Source: an uncultured Ardenticatenales bacterium
Lineage (GTDB): Bacteria > Chloroflexota > Anaerolineae > Ardenticatenales > JAADHH01
DNA: 56,875 nt
NCBI GenBank assembly: GCA_964508275.1
Contig: CAZDTE010000001.1
Coordinates: forward strand, 26,941-83,815
Direction: 5' to 3'
Positions within the stretch are counted from its first letter, which is position 1, and each line of letters begins with the position of its first letter. A program made the translations under genes and the position numbers. The notes beneath the pieces were generated by a model. The model searched no databases and was not told the origin of the DNA. It was given only the letters and a program-made list of their open reading frames with translations. Shown here piece by piece: positions 16,934 to 25,503 of the stretch.

Positions 16934-17206
16934 TCATAATTGTCGCAGACAACGCTCCAGATCTCGCCGAGGAATTACGGCCAGAACGTGGACTTCGTCC
17001 TCCAGCACCTCGTACAGTACCCGGTAGCCGCCCTAGCGCAGGCGCACCAATCCGCCAGTGCACATAAGGCGTTTCCACTTCTTGCCTGGCGGAAAAGGGT
17101 CTCCTTCCAGATCAAGAACAGCCTGCGTCACACGCCTCCGGCTGGCCTCGGGCAGCTTTCGCAACTGCTTGAATGCCTGCCGTTCAAGCTTCAGCCGGTA
17201 GCCCAA
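16934..17206 (-). pseudogene. RelE/ParE-family toxin interrupted by an in-frame TAG
   Basis: My translation from TTG 17206 is (M)GYRLKLERQAFKQLRKLPEASRRRVTQAVLDLEGDPFPPGKKWKRLMCTGGLVRLR*GGYRVLYEVLEDEVHVLAVIPRRDLERCLRQL. The amber codon is at 17033-17035, at the position of the conserved RxRVGdYRviY core. Absent from the ORF track. Confidence 0.75.
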
Positions 17207-17229
17207 GCCACTCAGCTTCCCAGCATCAC

Positions 17230-17472
17230 CTACAGATCCTGGGAGGTGACGAATTCACCCCGGCGGATCGCCTCCCGTGCCCTCTCCCGCAGCGCAATGA
17301 AATGAGGATGGTGAGTCAGTACGTAATCCTCCATCTCTTCGTCATCCACAGGCAAGATGACGGCCATCGGTCGTCCTTGATAGGTAATGACGTATTCAAC
17401 TCCTTCCTCGCGTACCGCGCGCAGGATCTCGCTGGTACGATTCTTCAGTTCACGCACGCCTACTTTTGGCAC
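17230..17472 (-). CDS. Phd/YefM-family type II antitoxin
   Basis: VGVRELKNRTSEILRAVREEGVEYVITYQGRPMAVILPVDD. The ORF track begins at GTG 17493, but GAAGGAG sits upstream of GTG 17472. Confidence 0.8.
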   Translation of the reverse strand: MPKVGVRELKNRTSEILRAVREEGVEYVITYQGRPMAVILPVDDEEMEDYVLTHHPHFIALRERAREAIRRGEFVTSQDL

Positions 17473-17502
17473 AATTGCTTCTCCTTCAGGCACCGGACGG
17501 AT

Positions 17503-17566
17503 TGTGGCTACAAGTGTAGCGCTACATTTGTAGCCACAGTATACTATCTTTGCGTCGCAGTGTCAA
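17503..17566 (-). promoter_or_regulatory. TA-operon promoter (TTGACA-N17-TATACT) followed by a 36-bp near-perfect palindrome (operator)
   Basis: Minus strand: -35 at 17566..17561, -10 at 17543..17538. The palindrome TGTGGCTACAAGTGTAGC|GCTACATTTGTAGCCACA spans 17503-17538 with one mismatch in its 18-nt arms. Confidence 0.65.
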
Positions 17567-17686
17567 TCAACGTGCACGAAATGTGTTGCGTGATGTGTCG
17601 GGTGCCAGGTGTCAAGTTTTACGTTTCACGCTCGACGCTCTCCGCTCCACGCCCTGCGCCCTACTCCGTTCATCATTCCGCACGCC

Positions 17687-20600
17687 CTAGCTTGTCTCCT
17701 GCTGCGCCGGCACGCGGCGGAATCGCCGCTGCAACGACACGCGCGGGTTTCGCAAGAAGGTGATCAAGTCATCCATCAGGCCGTAGGCGGCCGGTACCAG
17801 CAACAAGGTTAGCACGGTGGAAGTAATCAATCCGCCGATGACGGCGATGGCCATCGTGGCCCGGAAGCCTCCACCCGCACCCAGTCCCAAAGCGACAGGG
17901 AACATGCCGACGATCAGGGCCAGCGACGTCATCATGATCGGGCGCAGGCGCAAGGGTCCGGATTCGAGCAGTGCCTCGTCGCGTGGCAAACCACGCCGGC
18001 GCGCCTGGTTGGTGAAGTCCACGAGCATGATCGAGTTCTTGGTCACCAGGCCCATGAGCATGATCATGCCGATCATGGCCATCATGTCCAGCGGTTTGTT
18101 CGTAAGGAAGAGGCCCAGGAACGCGCCGACGAATGAGAGCGGCAGGGCCAGCATAATCACGAGCGGTTGGGTAAATGAGCCGAACTGCGAGGCCAGGACC
18201 ATGTAGACGAAGATGACGGCCAAAGCCATGGCTGTGAGCAGGGAGGAGAACGATTCCGCCATCTGTTCGGTCTGGCCACCGTAGCTCAACTCGACGCCGG
18301 GTGGCAGAGTAACGTCCGCCAGTTTATTGCGGATGTCTTGCACCACCTCGTTCTGCGTGCGTCCGATGGCATTCGCGCCGACGATGATCTCGCGCTGCTG
18401 ATCCTCCCGAAAGATCTGGGTGGGGCCGGATGTCTGTTCCAGCCGGGCGACCGAGCCGAGAGGTATGGGTGTCCCCGTCAGTGTGCTAACGTACAAGGAG
18501 AGCAACCCGGCGGTATTCTGCCGGTCAATGAGGCGCAGCCGGACCATGATGTCGGCCTCGTCGCCGTCCAGGCGGTACTTTGAGGCGGTCTGGCCATTGA
18601 TCAGTGTCCGCACGGTCGAGCCGATCTGGGCCGTGGTGAGTCCGAAGTCGGCGGCCCGGCGGCGGTCCACACGGATCTGTACCTCTGGCTTGCCCGGTTC
18701 GTAGCTGCGGGCAAGGTCTACCAGCCCGGGGACATCCTGGATAGCCGCCATGACCTGTTGTGAGGCGACGTCCAGATCGTGGAAATCGCCGGTCGTGAGC
18801 AGCTTGATCTGGATGGCGCGACCGGTCACGCTGGTGGCGCTGCCGCCTTCCATGCCACCACCGCTGAAGGCCAGGCCCGGCACACCGGCCAGGCTTTGCC
18901 GAACATCTTCCTCAATCTCTTCACCGGTGACGCCGCTTTGCAGCTTGACGAAGAAGCTGGCCTGCTCCGGGCTCCCCGTGCCGCCGACCGTGGTCAGAAC
19001 ATCCACCACGTCCGGTCGCTGTGCCAGCACGGTCTCCACCTGGCGAGCTGTGGCGTCAGTTTCATCCAGCGTCGTCCCTGGAGCAACTTTGATGCCCAGG
19101 TCAAGCGTGTTCTCACCGACGCTCGAGATGAAGGCGAACTTCAGGAACGGCAAGGTCGCCAGGCTTATGCCGAAGAAAGCCACGGCTATGATGGAGGTCC
19201 AGACCTTGTGCCGCAGCGTCCAGCCCAGGAAAACCCGGTAGTAGCGATCTATCACGGAGTAGATACGGCCCATCTGCTCTTCCTCGGTCTTGGCCTCCTG
19301 CTGCTTGAAGAAGTAGGCCGAAAGCATGGGCGCTAACGTGAACGCTTCGAACAGGGAAAGGAGCACAGCAAAGGCCACGGTCAGGCCAAAGGCGCGGAAG
19401 AAGCGTCCGACGATGCCTGTGGTGAAAGCCACCGGCAAGAATACGGCAACGACGGTTAAGGTCATGGCCAGCACCGAGAGGGCGACTTCGGCGGTTCCTT
19501 TGCCCGAGGCTTCTTTAGGATGCTTGCCCATCTCCATGTGGCGGAAGATGTTCTCGCGCACGACGATGGCGTCGTCAATGACCAACCCCACGGATAGCGA
19601 CAGGGCGAGCAGCGTGATCATGTTGAAGGTCAGGCCGGTCGCGTCCATCACTGCGAAGGTGCCGATCATGATGATCGGCAGGCCGGCGACGGTGACCAGC
19701 GTGTTGCGCATGTCGCGGAAGAACAGCAGCACGACCAGCATGGCCCCGATCCCGCCGAGGAGCAGGTCGAACAAGGCGTCGTTCGTCGACTCGCGAACGA
19801 AGTCAGACTGATCGCGGGCGATGACGATCGTCAGTTCGGGGTTATCTTCCTGAATCTGATCGACCTCATCCAAAACAGCATCGGCCACCTTCACCGTGTT
19901 GGTGCCGGATTGTTTCTGGATCGAGATGACGATGCTGTCTTGTCCATTCAGGCGACTGTAGCGATCAACCTCTTTGAAGCTGTCTTCCACTGTGGCCACA
20001 CCTCGCAGGAAGACGGGCGACTTCCTGCCGCCGACAACGACGTTGCGCAAGTCTTCTAGCGAGTTGAACTCTCCGGGTGTGCGTATGAGCAAGTCTTGCC
20101 CGTTCTCGGTGACGCTTCCGGCCGGCACACTGATGTTCTGTGCCTGGATCGCCCCGACGACTTGTTGGGGGGAGATGTGCCGGGCACGCAGAGCGCCCAG
20201 ATTCAGGTTGACATGGATCTCGCGCTCGCGACCACCGGTCACGTTGACCGAAGCGACACCCTCAAGCCGCTCGAACAGCGGCTTGATGTCGTCATCCACG
20301 CGGTTGCGCAGTTCACCCGGAGCGAACTGGTGGTCTTTCGGCGCGATGGCAAACGACATAATCGGCAAGGCAGAGAAATCGAACCGCTGGATCACCGGGT
20401 CCCGGATGTCTTGTGGCAGCCGGTTGCGGATGGCCGCGATCCGTTCTTGCACATCCCGCACGCCCTCAGATGCAGAGTGCTCCAGTTTGAACTGGATCAC
20501 GAGCTGAGAGATCCCTTCGGCGGATGTGGATTGGATCGTGTCCACGCCGTTCAGGGAGCCCAGAGATTCTTCCAGCACTTTGGAAACACGGGTTTCGATC

Positions 20601-20773
20601 TCGTCCGGGCTGGCACCCGGATAGATCGTCGTGACGGAGACAACCGGGATGGCCACATCGGGAAACAGGTCGACCGGAATCGAGAAGTACGCGAGGATGC
20701 CGACCACGAGCAAAGCGAGCATCAGCATGGTCACGAAGACCGGCTGCTTGATCGAAGTATCAGAGACCCACAT
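17687..20773 (-). CDS. RND-family efflux transporter (AcrB/HAE-like)
   Basis: 1028 aa. N-terminus SIKQPVFVTMLMLALLVVGILAYFSIPVDLFPD, with 12-TM architecture and two large loops. Confidence 0.92.
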   Translation of the reverse strand: MWVSDTSIKQPVFVTMLMLALLVVGILAYFSIPVDLFPDVAIPVVSVTTIYPGASPDEIETRVSKVLEESLGSLNGVDTIQSTSAEGISQLVIQFKLEHSASEGVRDVQERIAAIRNRLPQDIRDPVIQRFDFSALPIMSFAIAPKDHQFAPGELRNRVDDDIKPLFERLEGVASVNVTGGREREIHVNLNLGALRARHISPQQVVGAIQAQNISVPAGSVTENGQDLLIRTPGEFNSLEDLRNVVVGGRKSPVFLRGVATVEDSFKEVDRYSRLNGQDSIVISIQKQSGTNTVKVADAVLDEVDQIQEDNPELTIVIARDQSDFVRESTNDALFDLLLGGIGAMLVVLLFFRDMRNTLVTVAGLPIIMIGTFAVMDATGLTFNMITLLALSLSVGLVIDDAIVVRENIFRHMEMGKHPKEASGKGTAEVALSVLAMTLTVVAVFLPVAFTTGIVGRFFRAFGLTVAFAVLLSLFEAFTLAPMLSAYFFKQQEAKTEEEQMGRIYSVIDRYYRVFLGWTLRHKVWTSIIAVAFFGISLATLPFLKFAFISSVGENTLDLGIKVAPGTTLDETDATARQVETVLAQRPDVVDVLTTVGGTGSPEQASFFVKLQSGVTGEEIEEDVRQSLAGVPGLAFSGGGMEGGSATSVTGRAIQIKLLTTGDFHDLDVASQQVMAAIQDVPGLVDLARSYEPGKPEVQIRVDRRRAADFGLTTAQIGSTVRTLINGQTASKYRLDGDEADIMVRLRLIDRQNTAGLLSLYVSTLTGTPIPLGSVARLEQTSGPTQIFREDQQREIIVGANAIGRTQNEVVQDIRNKLADVTLPPGVELSYGGQTEQMAESFSSLLTAMALAVIFVYMVLASQFGSFTQPLVIMLALPLSFVGAFLGLFLTNKPLDMMAMIGMIMLMGLVTKNSIMLVDFTNQARRRGLPRDEALLESGPLRLRPIMMTSLALIVGMFPVALGLGAGGGFRATMAIAVIGGLITSTVLTLLLVPAAYGLMDDLITFLRNPRVSLQRRFRRVPAQQETS

Positions 20774-20776
20774 GAG

Positions 20777-22006
20777 CTATCCCTCCTGCCGGAACGAGAC
20801 GGTTGCGAACATGCCAGGGCGGAAGATGGCGGCCCCTTCCAAGGGTGCGATGGTGACCCGTTGGGTACGGGTTTGGGTGTCTACGGTGGGCGCGACGCGC
20901 ACTACCCGACCCTTGAAGGTCTTGTCGGGAATGGACGAGAGCTGAATCTCTACATCCTGGCCGATCTGAATGGAGCGAGCGACCGTTTCATCTGCATCGA
21001 ACACGACCTTGGCCCTGGTGGAGATAATGGTAAAGGCAGGCATGCCTGGCCCGGCATACGCACCGGTGATCACGCGACGGGCCGAGATCACGCCATTCAT
21101 TGGGGCGCGGAGGAAGGCGTTGTCGCGCTGCACTTTCATGGCGTCGAGGGCCGACTGTGCCTGGAGTATCTGGGCAGCGGCCACGGCCAATTGCGCCGGT
21201 TTGGGGCCATCGAGCAGCTTCTTCAGCCCCGATCGCGCCTGCAGAAGCCCGGAATAGGCAGCGGCGATCTGATCCTCGGTGGCACCCTTCGCGATCTTAT
21301 CGTAGGTCGCTTTCGCCGTCTGGTACCCGATGGTAGCCTGCTCCAACCCCAAAGCCTGCGGCATCAGCCCGGCGTTCGGCAGGCCGGCGATCTGGTCGTA
21401 AGCCGCCTGCGCCTGCTTGAGGCCGGCCTCTGCCTGGGCCACGGCCGCCCGAGCCTGGATCAGGTCCTCTTCGGTCGGCCCGGCGAGCATGCGGTTGTAA
21501 CCCTTCTCCGCGGCATCTACGGCGGCGCGAGCCGCCGCCAGGTCAGCCTCATCGGGTGGTTCCTGGAGCAGGGCCAGTTGTGCGTTGGCGACCTTCAGTG
21601 CAGCCTCCACCTGCGCCACTTGGGCATCGAGTGACCGGTGGTCGAGCATAGCCAACACTTGACCCACCGCCACCGGATCCCCGACCCTGGCGTGTACTTC
21701 TTGCACCCGGCCGGGAACGGGGAACACAACGCCGACTTCACGGGCCGCCTCGACGTCAGCGGGCAACGTGATAGCCGCCGCCGAGTTGGAGACAAGTTGA
21801 GCCGTGACCGCCGCCGGCGTGGGCGACGGTTCAGTAACGGCGGCCGGCGCTTCCTGCGGAGCGGCCTGTGCCGCGCGCGATGACGACGTCTCCTGACCGG
21901 GACGCACACAGCCGGTGATGACCAGCGCGGCCACAGCCAAGAACCCCACCAAGAAAAGGACAGTTCTCTTCAACGTACGGCACGAATGATTGGACATGAA
22001 ACTCAC
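20777..22006 (-). CDS. Efflux membrane-fusion (periplasmic adaptor, HlyD/RND-MFP) lipoprotein
   Basis: Lipobox-like VITGC, an Ala-rich coiled-coil hairpin, and barrel-sandwich motifs (PVPGRVQEVHARVGDPVAVGQVLAML). Confidence 0.85.
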   Translation of the reverse strand: MSFMSNHSCRTLKRTVLFLVGFLAVAALVITGCVRPGQETSSSRAAQAAPQEAPAAVTEPSPTPAAVTAQLVSNSAAAITLPADVEAAREVGVVFPVPGRVQEVHARVGDPVAVGQVLAMLDHRSLDAQVAQVEAALKVANAQLALLQEPPDEADLAAARAAVDAAEKGYNRMLAGPTEEDLIQARAAVAQAEAGLKQAQAAYDQIAGLPNAGLMPQALGLEQATIGYQTAKATYDKIAKGATEDQIAAAYSGLLQARSGLKKLLDGPKPAQLAVAAAQILQAQSALDAMKVQRDNAFLRAPMNGVISARRVITGAYAGPGMPAFTIISTRAKVVFDADETVARSIQIGQDVEIQLSSIPDKTFKGRVVRVAPTVDTQTRTQRVTIAPLEGAAIFRPGMFATVSFRQEG

Positions 22007-22060
22007 TCCTTCTTCCGAATCGCTTGAATGAATCCAACAGGTGTTGCAGTCTTCCCGCCA

Positions 22061-23302
22061 TTATTCGCTGTCGTAGACTTCCGACGGCTGCCAGGCGAAG
22101 GTACGGTCTGCCTGGACTTCATGTGTGAAGAAGCGGCGGGAAAAGAGTAGGATGATTACGAACGCCAACGCCCCCAGGACGTAGGGGGACTGATACCCGA
22201 CCACATCAAATACGACCCCACCGATAATGGGGCCGGCGACACGGCCAAGGCTCTGAGCGCTTTGGACATAACCCATCATCTGCCCTTGCACTTCCGGCGC
22301 GCTGCGTTTGGAAAGCAGCGAGGCGATGGAGGGACGCATCGCCGCCTGGCCCACACCGGTGAGGCCCATGATCACGAGCAAGCTCGGCATGTCCCAGGCG
22401 ACCAGCAAGGCAGCATAGCCAATAGCACTGGCGATCATGCCTATCTCGATCATCCGTTCTTCGCCCCATCGGTTGATGAAGGGGCCGACGAGCAGGCCTT
22501 GCGTGACGACCATGACGATGCCAAGGCCGACAAAGACCGTGCCCATCTCGCTGGCCCCGAAGCCAAGCGAGCGCTCGGCAAACAGGGCAAATGTCCCTTC
22601 AATGTTTGCGGCGGCGAAGCTGACCAGGAAGCCGAGCAGGAGGATGAAGCCGATGGGGCTCAGGAGCGCCTCCCATACTGCAGCCCACTGGCCAGGCTGG
22701 CCGGCGGTAGTTTGTGCCCGTGCGCGGGCTTTGTCCTCTTCGGTCAACGATTCTTCCAGGAGGAAGAATCCGACCAGGGCGATGGCCAGAGCAATGGCGG
22801 CGGCCACGAAGAAGGGCAGAGACATGGAAACCGCTCCGGCATAGCCACCGATGGCCGGCCCGAAGATCATGCCCATGCCCATACTCGCTCCCATCAGGCC
22901 CATGCCACCGCCGCGCTGTTCTTCGTTGGTGACGTCCGCAACGTAGGCCATGGTCGTGGGTAACACAGCAGACGACAGTGCTCCGCCGAGAGCACGCGCC
23001 GCGAATAACTCCCACAGCCGGTTGGCCAGACCAAACAGGATGAACGAGAGTGCAAACCCAACGAGACCAATGAGAATGACCGGCCGGCGGCCGATCCGGT
23101 CAGAAAGCCGGCCCCAATATGGAGCAAGCACAAATTGTAGAATCGAGTAGAGGGCAAACAGCAGACCCAGATGGGTTGCCGTAGCGCCCATGTTCTCCGC
23201 ATAGAAAGGCAGGATCGGCATGATGATGCCGAAGCCGACCATGACGATGAACATCATGCTGAACAGGACGATCAGTTGACGACGGTTGCTTTGTTTTTCC
23301 AC
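22061..23302 (-). CDS. MFS transporter (DHA1 / tetracycline-efflux-like)
   Basis: GTG start with an AGGGAG RBS. Motif A-like WGRLSDRIGRRPVILIGL; about 12 TM segments. Confidence 0.88.
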   Translation of the reverse strand: MEKQSNRRQLIVLFSMMFIVMVGFGIIMPILPFYAENMGATATHLGLLFALYSILQFVLAPYWGRLSDRIGRRPVILIGLVGFALSFILFGLANRLWELFAARALGGALSSAVLPTTMAYVADVTNEEQRGGGMGLMGASMGMGMIFGPAIGGYAGAVSMSLPFFVAAAIALAIALVGFFLLEESLTEEDKARARAQTTAGQPGQWAAVWEALLSPIGFILLLGFLVSFAAANIEGTFALFAERSLGFGASEMGTVFVGLGIVMVVTQGLLVGPFINRWGEERMIEIGMIASAIGYAALLVAWDMPSLLVIMGLTGVGQAAMRPSIASLLSKRSAPEVQGQMMGYVQSAQSLGRVAGPIIGGVVFDVVGYQSPYVLGALAFVIILLFSRRFFTHEVQADRTFAWQPSEVYDSE

Positions 23303-23441
23303 GGCGACTCCCTATTCCAAGGCGTGACGCTGCCATCCTTCGCCAGGGGCGAATGAGTTTCCGCCTGTCGAACGAAGCTTGCTTCCGGGCACGACTGTCA
23401 GGCAGCCGGGATGTTTCCGGCCCGGTCATATCCGCTTGCGA

Positions 23442-24125
23442 TTATTTGCTCGCTGCGAACGGTTGGGCAACCACAGTGTGATCTAGATCGTGTGAGCCAA
23501 TCTGCACGGGGGGCGCTGTGCGATGTGTGCCCACCCCCTCGAAGAAAATGGCCACCACGGATTCGATCTTTTGCGAGTTCGCGCTGTCCTCTTGGAGAAA
23601 GGTTTGGTACATGAGCATACTGTTTGCCAGACCCATCAGGGCGAAGCTGGCTACGCGAACGTCCACGTCGGCGCGAACTTCGTCAGTATTCTGGCCCGCG
23701 CACAAGATCTCCCCGATGAAGTTGACTACCCAGTCCCGCGCTCCTATCCAGATTTCGTGCACAGTCCCGGCCAGATCGACGATGTCGCGCGCTCCTTGGT
23801 GAAACATGCTTTTCTGTTCCATTGCCAGTGTGATGTAGGCCAAGATCAGGCGGGTGATACGATCTCTGCAAGACGTCCCCTCTGCAGCGGCCTCCTCCAA
23901 CACCCGACCCATACGCTGCAAGCTGTGACGCAGCATGTTCAGGAAGATGTCTTCCTTGCCGGAAAAGTGATAATAGAGGGCGGCGTTGGTCATGCCCGAT
24001 GCCTGGGCAATATCGCGGATGGAGACGCCCCGATAGCCGTGCTGGACAAAGAGTCTCTCTGCTTCACGTAGTATACGTTGTCGCCCCTCCAAAGTTTCTT
24101 TTTTTCCTGCCATCAGGGACACCAT
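23442..24125 (-). CDS. TetR-family transcriptional regulator
   Basis: GRQRILREAERLFVQHGYRGVSIRDIAQASGMTNAALYYHFSGKEDIF is a TetR_N helix-turn-helix. Confidence 0.9.
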   Translation of the reverse strand: MVSLMAGKKETLEGRQRILREAERLFVQHGYRGVSIRDIAQASGMTNAALYYHFSGKEDIFLNMLRHSLQRMGRVLEEAAAEGTSCRDRITRLILAYITLAMEQKSMFHQGARDIVDLAGTVHEIWIGARDWVVNFIGEILCAGQNTDEVRADVDVRVASFALMGLANSMLMYQTFLQEDSANSQKIESVVAIFFEGVGTHRTAPPVQIGSHDLDHTVVAQPFAASK

Positions 24126-24470
24126 TTTCCTGGCACACTGTTTTTGCCATTTCTTGATGCACTTCGGCGCTTGCTCCGCCGGTCATGGCGAGACGTCTGT
24201 TCGCGGCAGACAGCCCCAGCGCCGAACGGATGCGGCGCATCCGCGTAATCCCCAACCGGCGGTTCGCTATGACGCCGTGGGCGTGTTGTTTTCGCCCCAG
24301 TTACTGAACGTTTGGTAAGTACGAGGAGAGATTATAGCACCAATCGTGTTGGCTGTCAAATCGAGCCGCGCAGAGGGTATCGCGAAAGACCGTGGGGAGT
24401 CGCTAGGCGGCCACCGCCCCTCTGCCGGGTAGCATCTGCCAGGTCGTTTCTATGGGCTCCGGCCATTGGG

Positions 24471-24499
24471 TTGCGGGAGCCGCTGTTTGGTGGTACAAT
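24471..24499 (+). promoter_or_regulatory. Promoter TTGCGG-N17-TACAAT with TG extension
   Basis: -35 at 24471-24476, 17-nt spacer ending in TGG, -10 at 24494-24499. It lies about 270 nt upstream of the response-regulator ATG. Confidence 0.45.
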
Positions 24500-24770
24500 A
24501 GCATCGAAGGTAGCCCCCTTTCGCTCATTGGGACGGGTGTTTCTAGACCCCAATTATACGACGAAGAGGCTACCTTTACCATTCAATTGTCAAGGTGCGT
24601 TCGCTTCACTTATGAACCATGCCCGAAAAAGTAATCTGCAAGGGAGTTCCTTGGGCTTTTCCACCTCGTTTGAAGACATTTGGCGAATTCTAACAGTCTT
24701 CGTGATACCTTTCTGGAAGGTTTATTTCTCTGGAAAAGCCTGAGACAGAGCGTACGCGGAGTGGCCGGAC

Positions 24771-25463
24771 ATGACCCAGAGAATCCTGGTGGTGGATGAT
24801 GACAAGCAGATCACTCGCCTGATACGCTCCTACCTGGAGCAGGCCGGCTTTCGGGTGCTGACGGCCTACGATGGGGAAACGGCCTTGCACACGATCCGGC
24901 GCGAGCGACCGGACCTGATTGTGCTCGACTTGATGCTGCCCGACCGTGACGGCTGGGAGATAACGCAGATCGTGCGCGGCGATGCCGGCCTTGCCGGGCT
25001 ACCGATCATCATGCTCACCGCGCGCATCGAGGACACCGACAAAATTGTCGGGCTGGAACTGGGGGCCGATGACTACATCGCCAAACCGTTCAACCCGCGC
25101 GAAGTCGTGGCCCGCGTTCGCGCGGTCCTGCGTCGGGCGAACGGAAAAGCTTTCCGGTCGCCGCTGCTGCGGGTCGGCGACCTGCAGATGGACACTGACC
25201 GCCATGAAGTCATCTTTGGTGGGCAGGCTGTGGATTTGACCCCCACGGAGTTTTCGTTGCTCAGAGCGCTCATCGAAAACCCGGGCCGTGTCTTCACCCG
25301 GCTGGAGCTGATCGAAAACGGGTTGGGCTACGCGTACGAAGGCCTTGAGCGCACGGTGGACAGCCACATAAAGAACCTGCGCCGGAAGATCGAGCCCAAC
25401 CCCGGCGACCCCACTTACATCGAGACCGTATACGGCGTTGGGTACCGGATGCGAGCAAGCTAG
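24771..25463 (+). CDS. OmpR/PhoB-family response regulator
   Basis: Receiver domain (ILVVDDD...DLIVLDLMLPDRDG) plus a winged-helix output domain (YIETVYGVGYRM). Confidence 0.92.
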   Translation: MTQRILVVDDDKQITRLIRSYLEQAGFRVLTAYDGETALHTIRRERPDLIVLDLMLPDRDGWEITQIVRGDAGLAGLPIIMLTARIEDTDKIVGLELGADDYIAKPFNPREVVARVRAVLRRANGKAFRSPLLRVGDLQMDTDRHEVIFGGQAVDLTPTEFSLLRALIENPGRVFTRLELIENGLGYAYEGLERTVDSHIKNLRRKIEPNPGDPTYIETVYGVGYRMRAS

Positions 25464-25503
25464 GCAAGCGCAGACAGGGATCGATATACCCGCGAGGAAG
25501 AGA

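Noticed and set aside
20096-21634. 512-aa plus-strand ORF across the RND/MFP junction. Similar long antisense ORFs occur at 42914..44230, 53407..54339, 25777..26649, 11327..12304 and 1705..3048.
   Set aside because: All lie opposite genes with unambiguous homology, and all have Arg/Gly/Asp/His-rich, motif-free translations; they are high-GC shadow ORFs.
24312-24743. 143-aa plus-strand ORF in the tetR / response-regulator intergenic region
   Set aside because: The stretch is AT-richer, has no RBS and no recognisable motif, and the frame runs across a predicted promoter and RNA hairpins.
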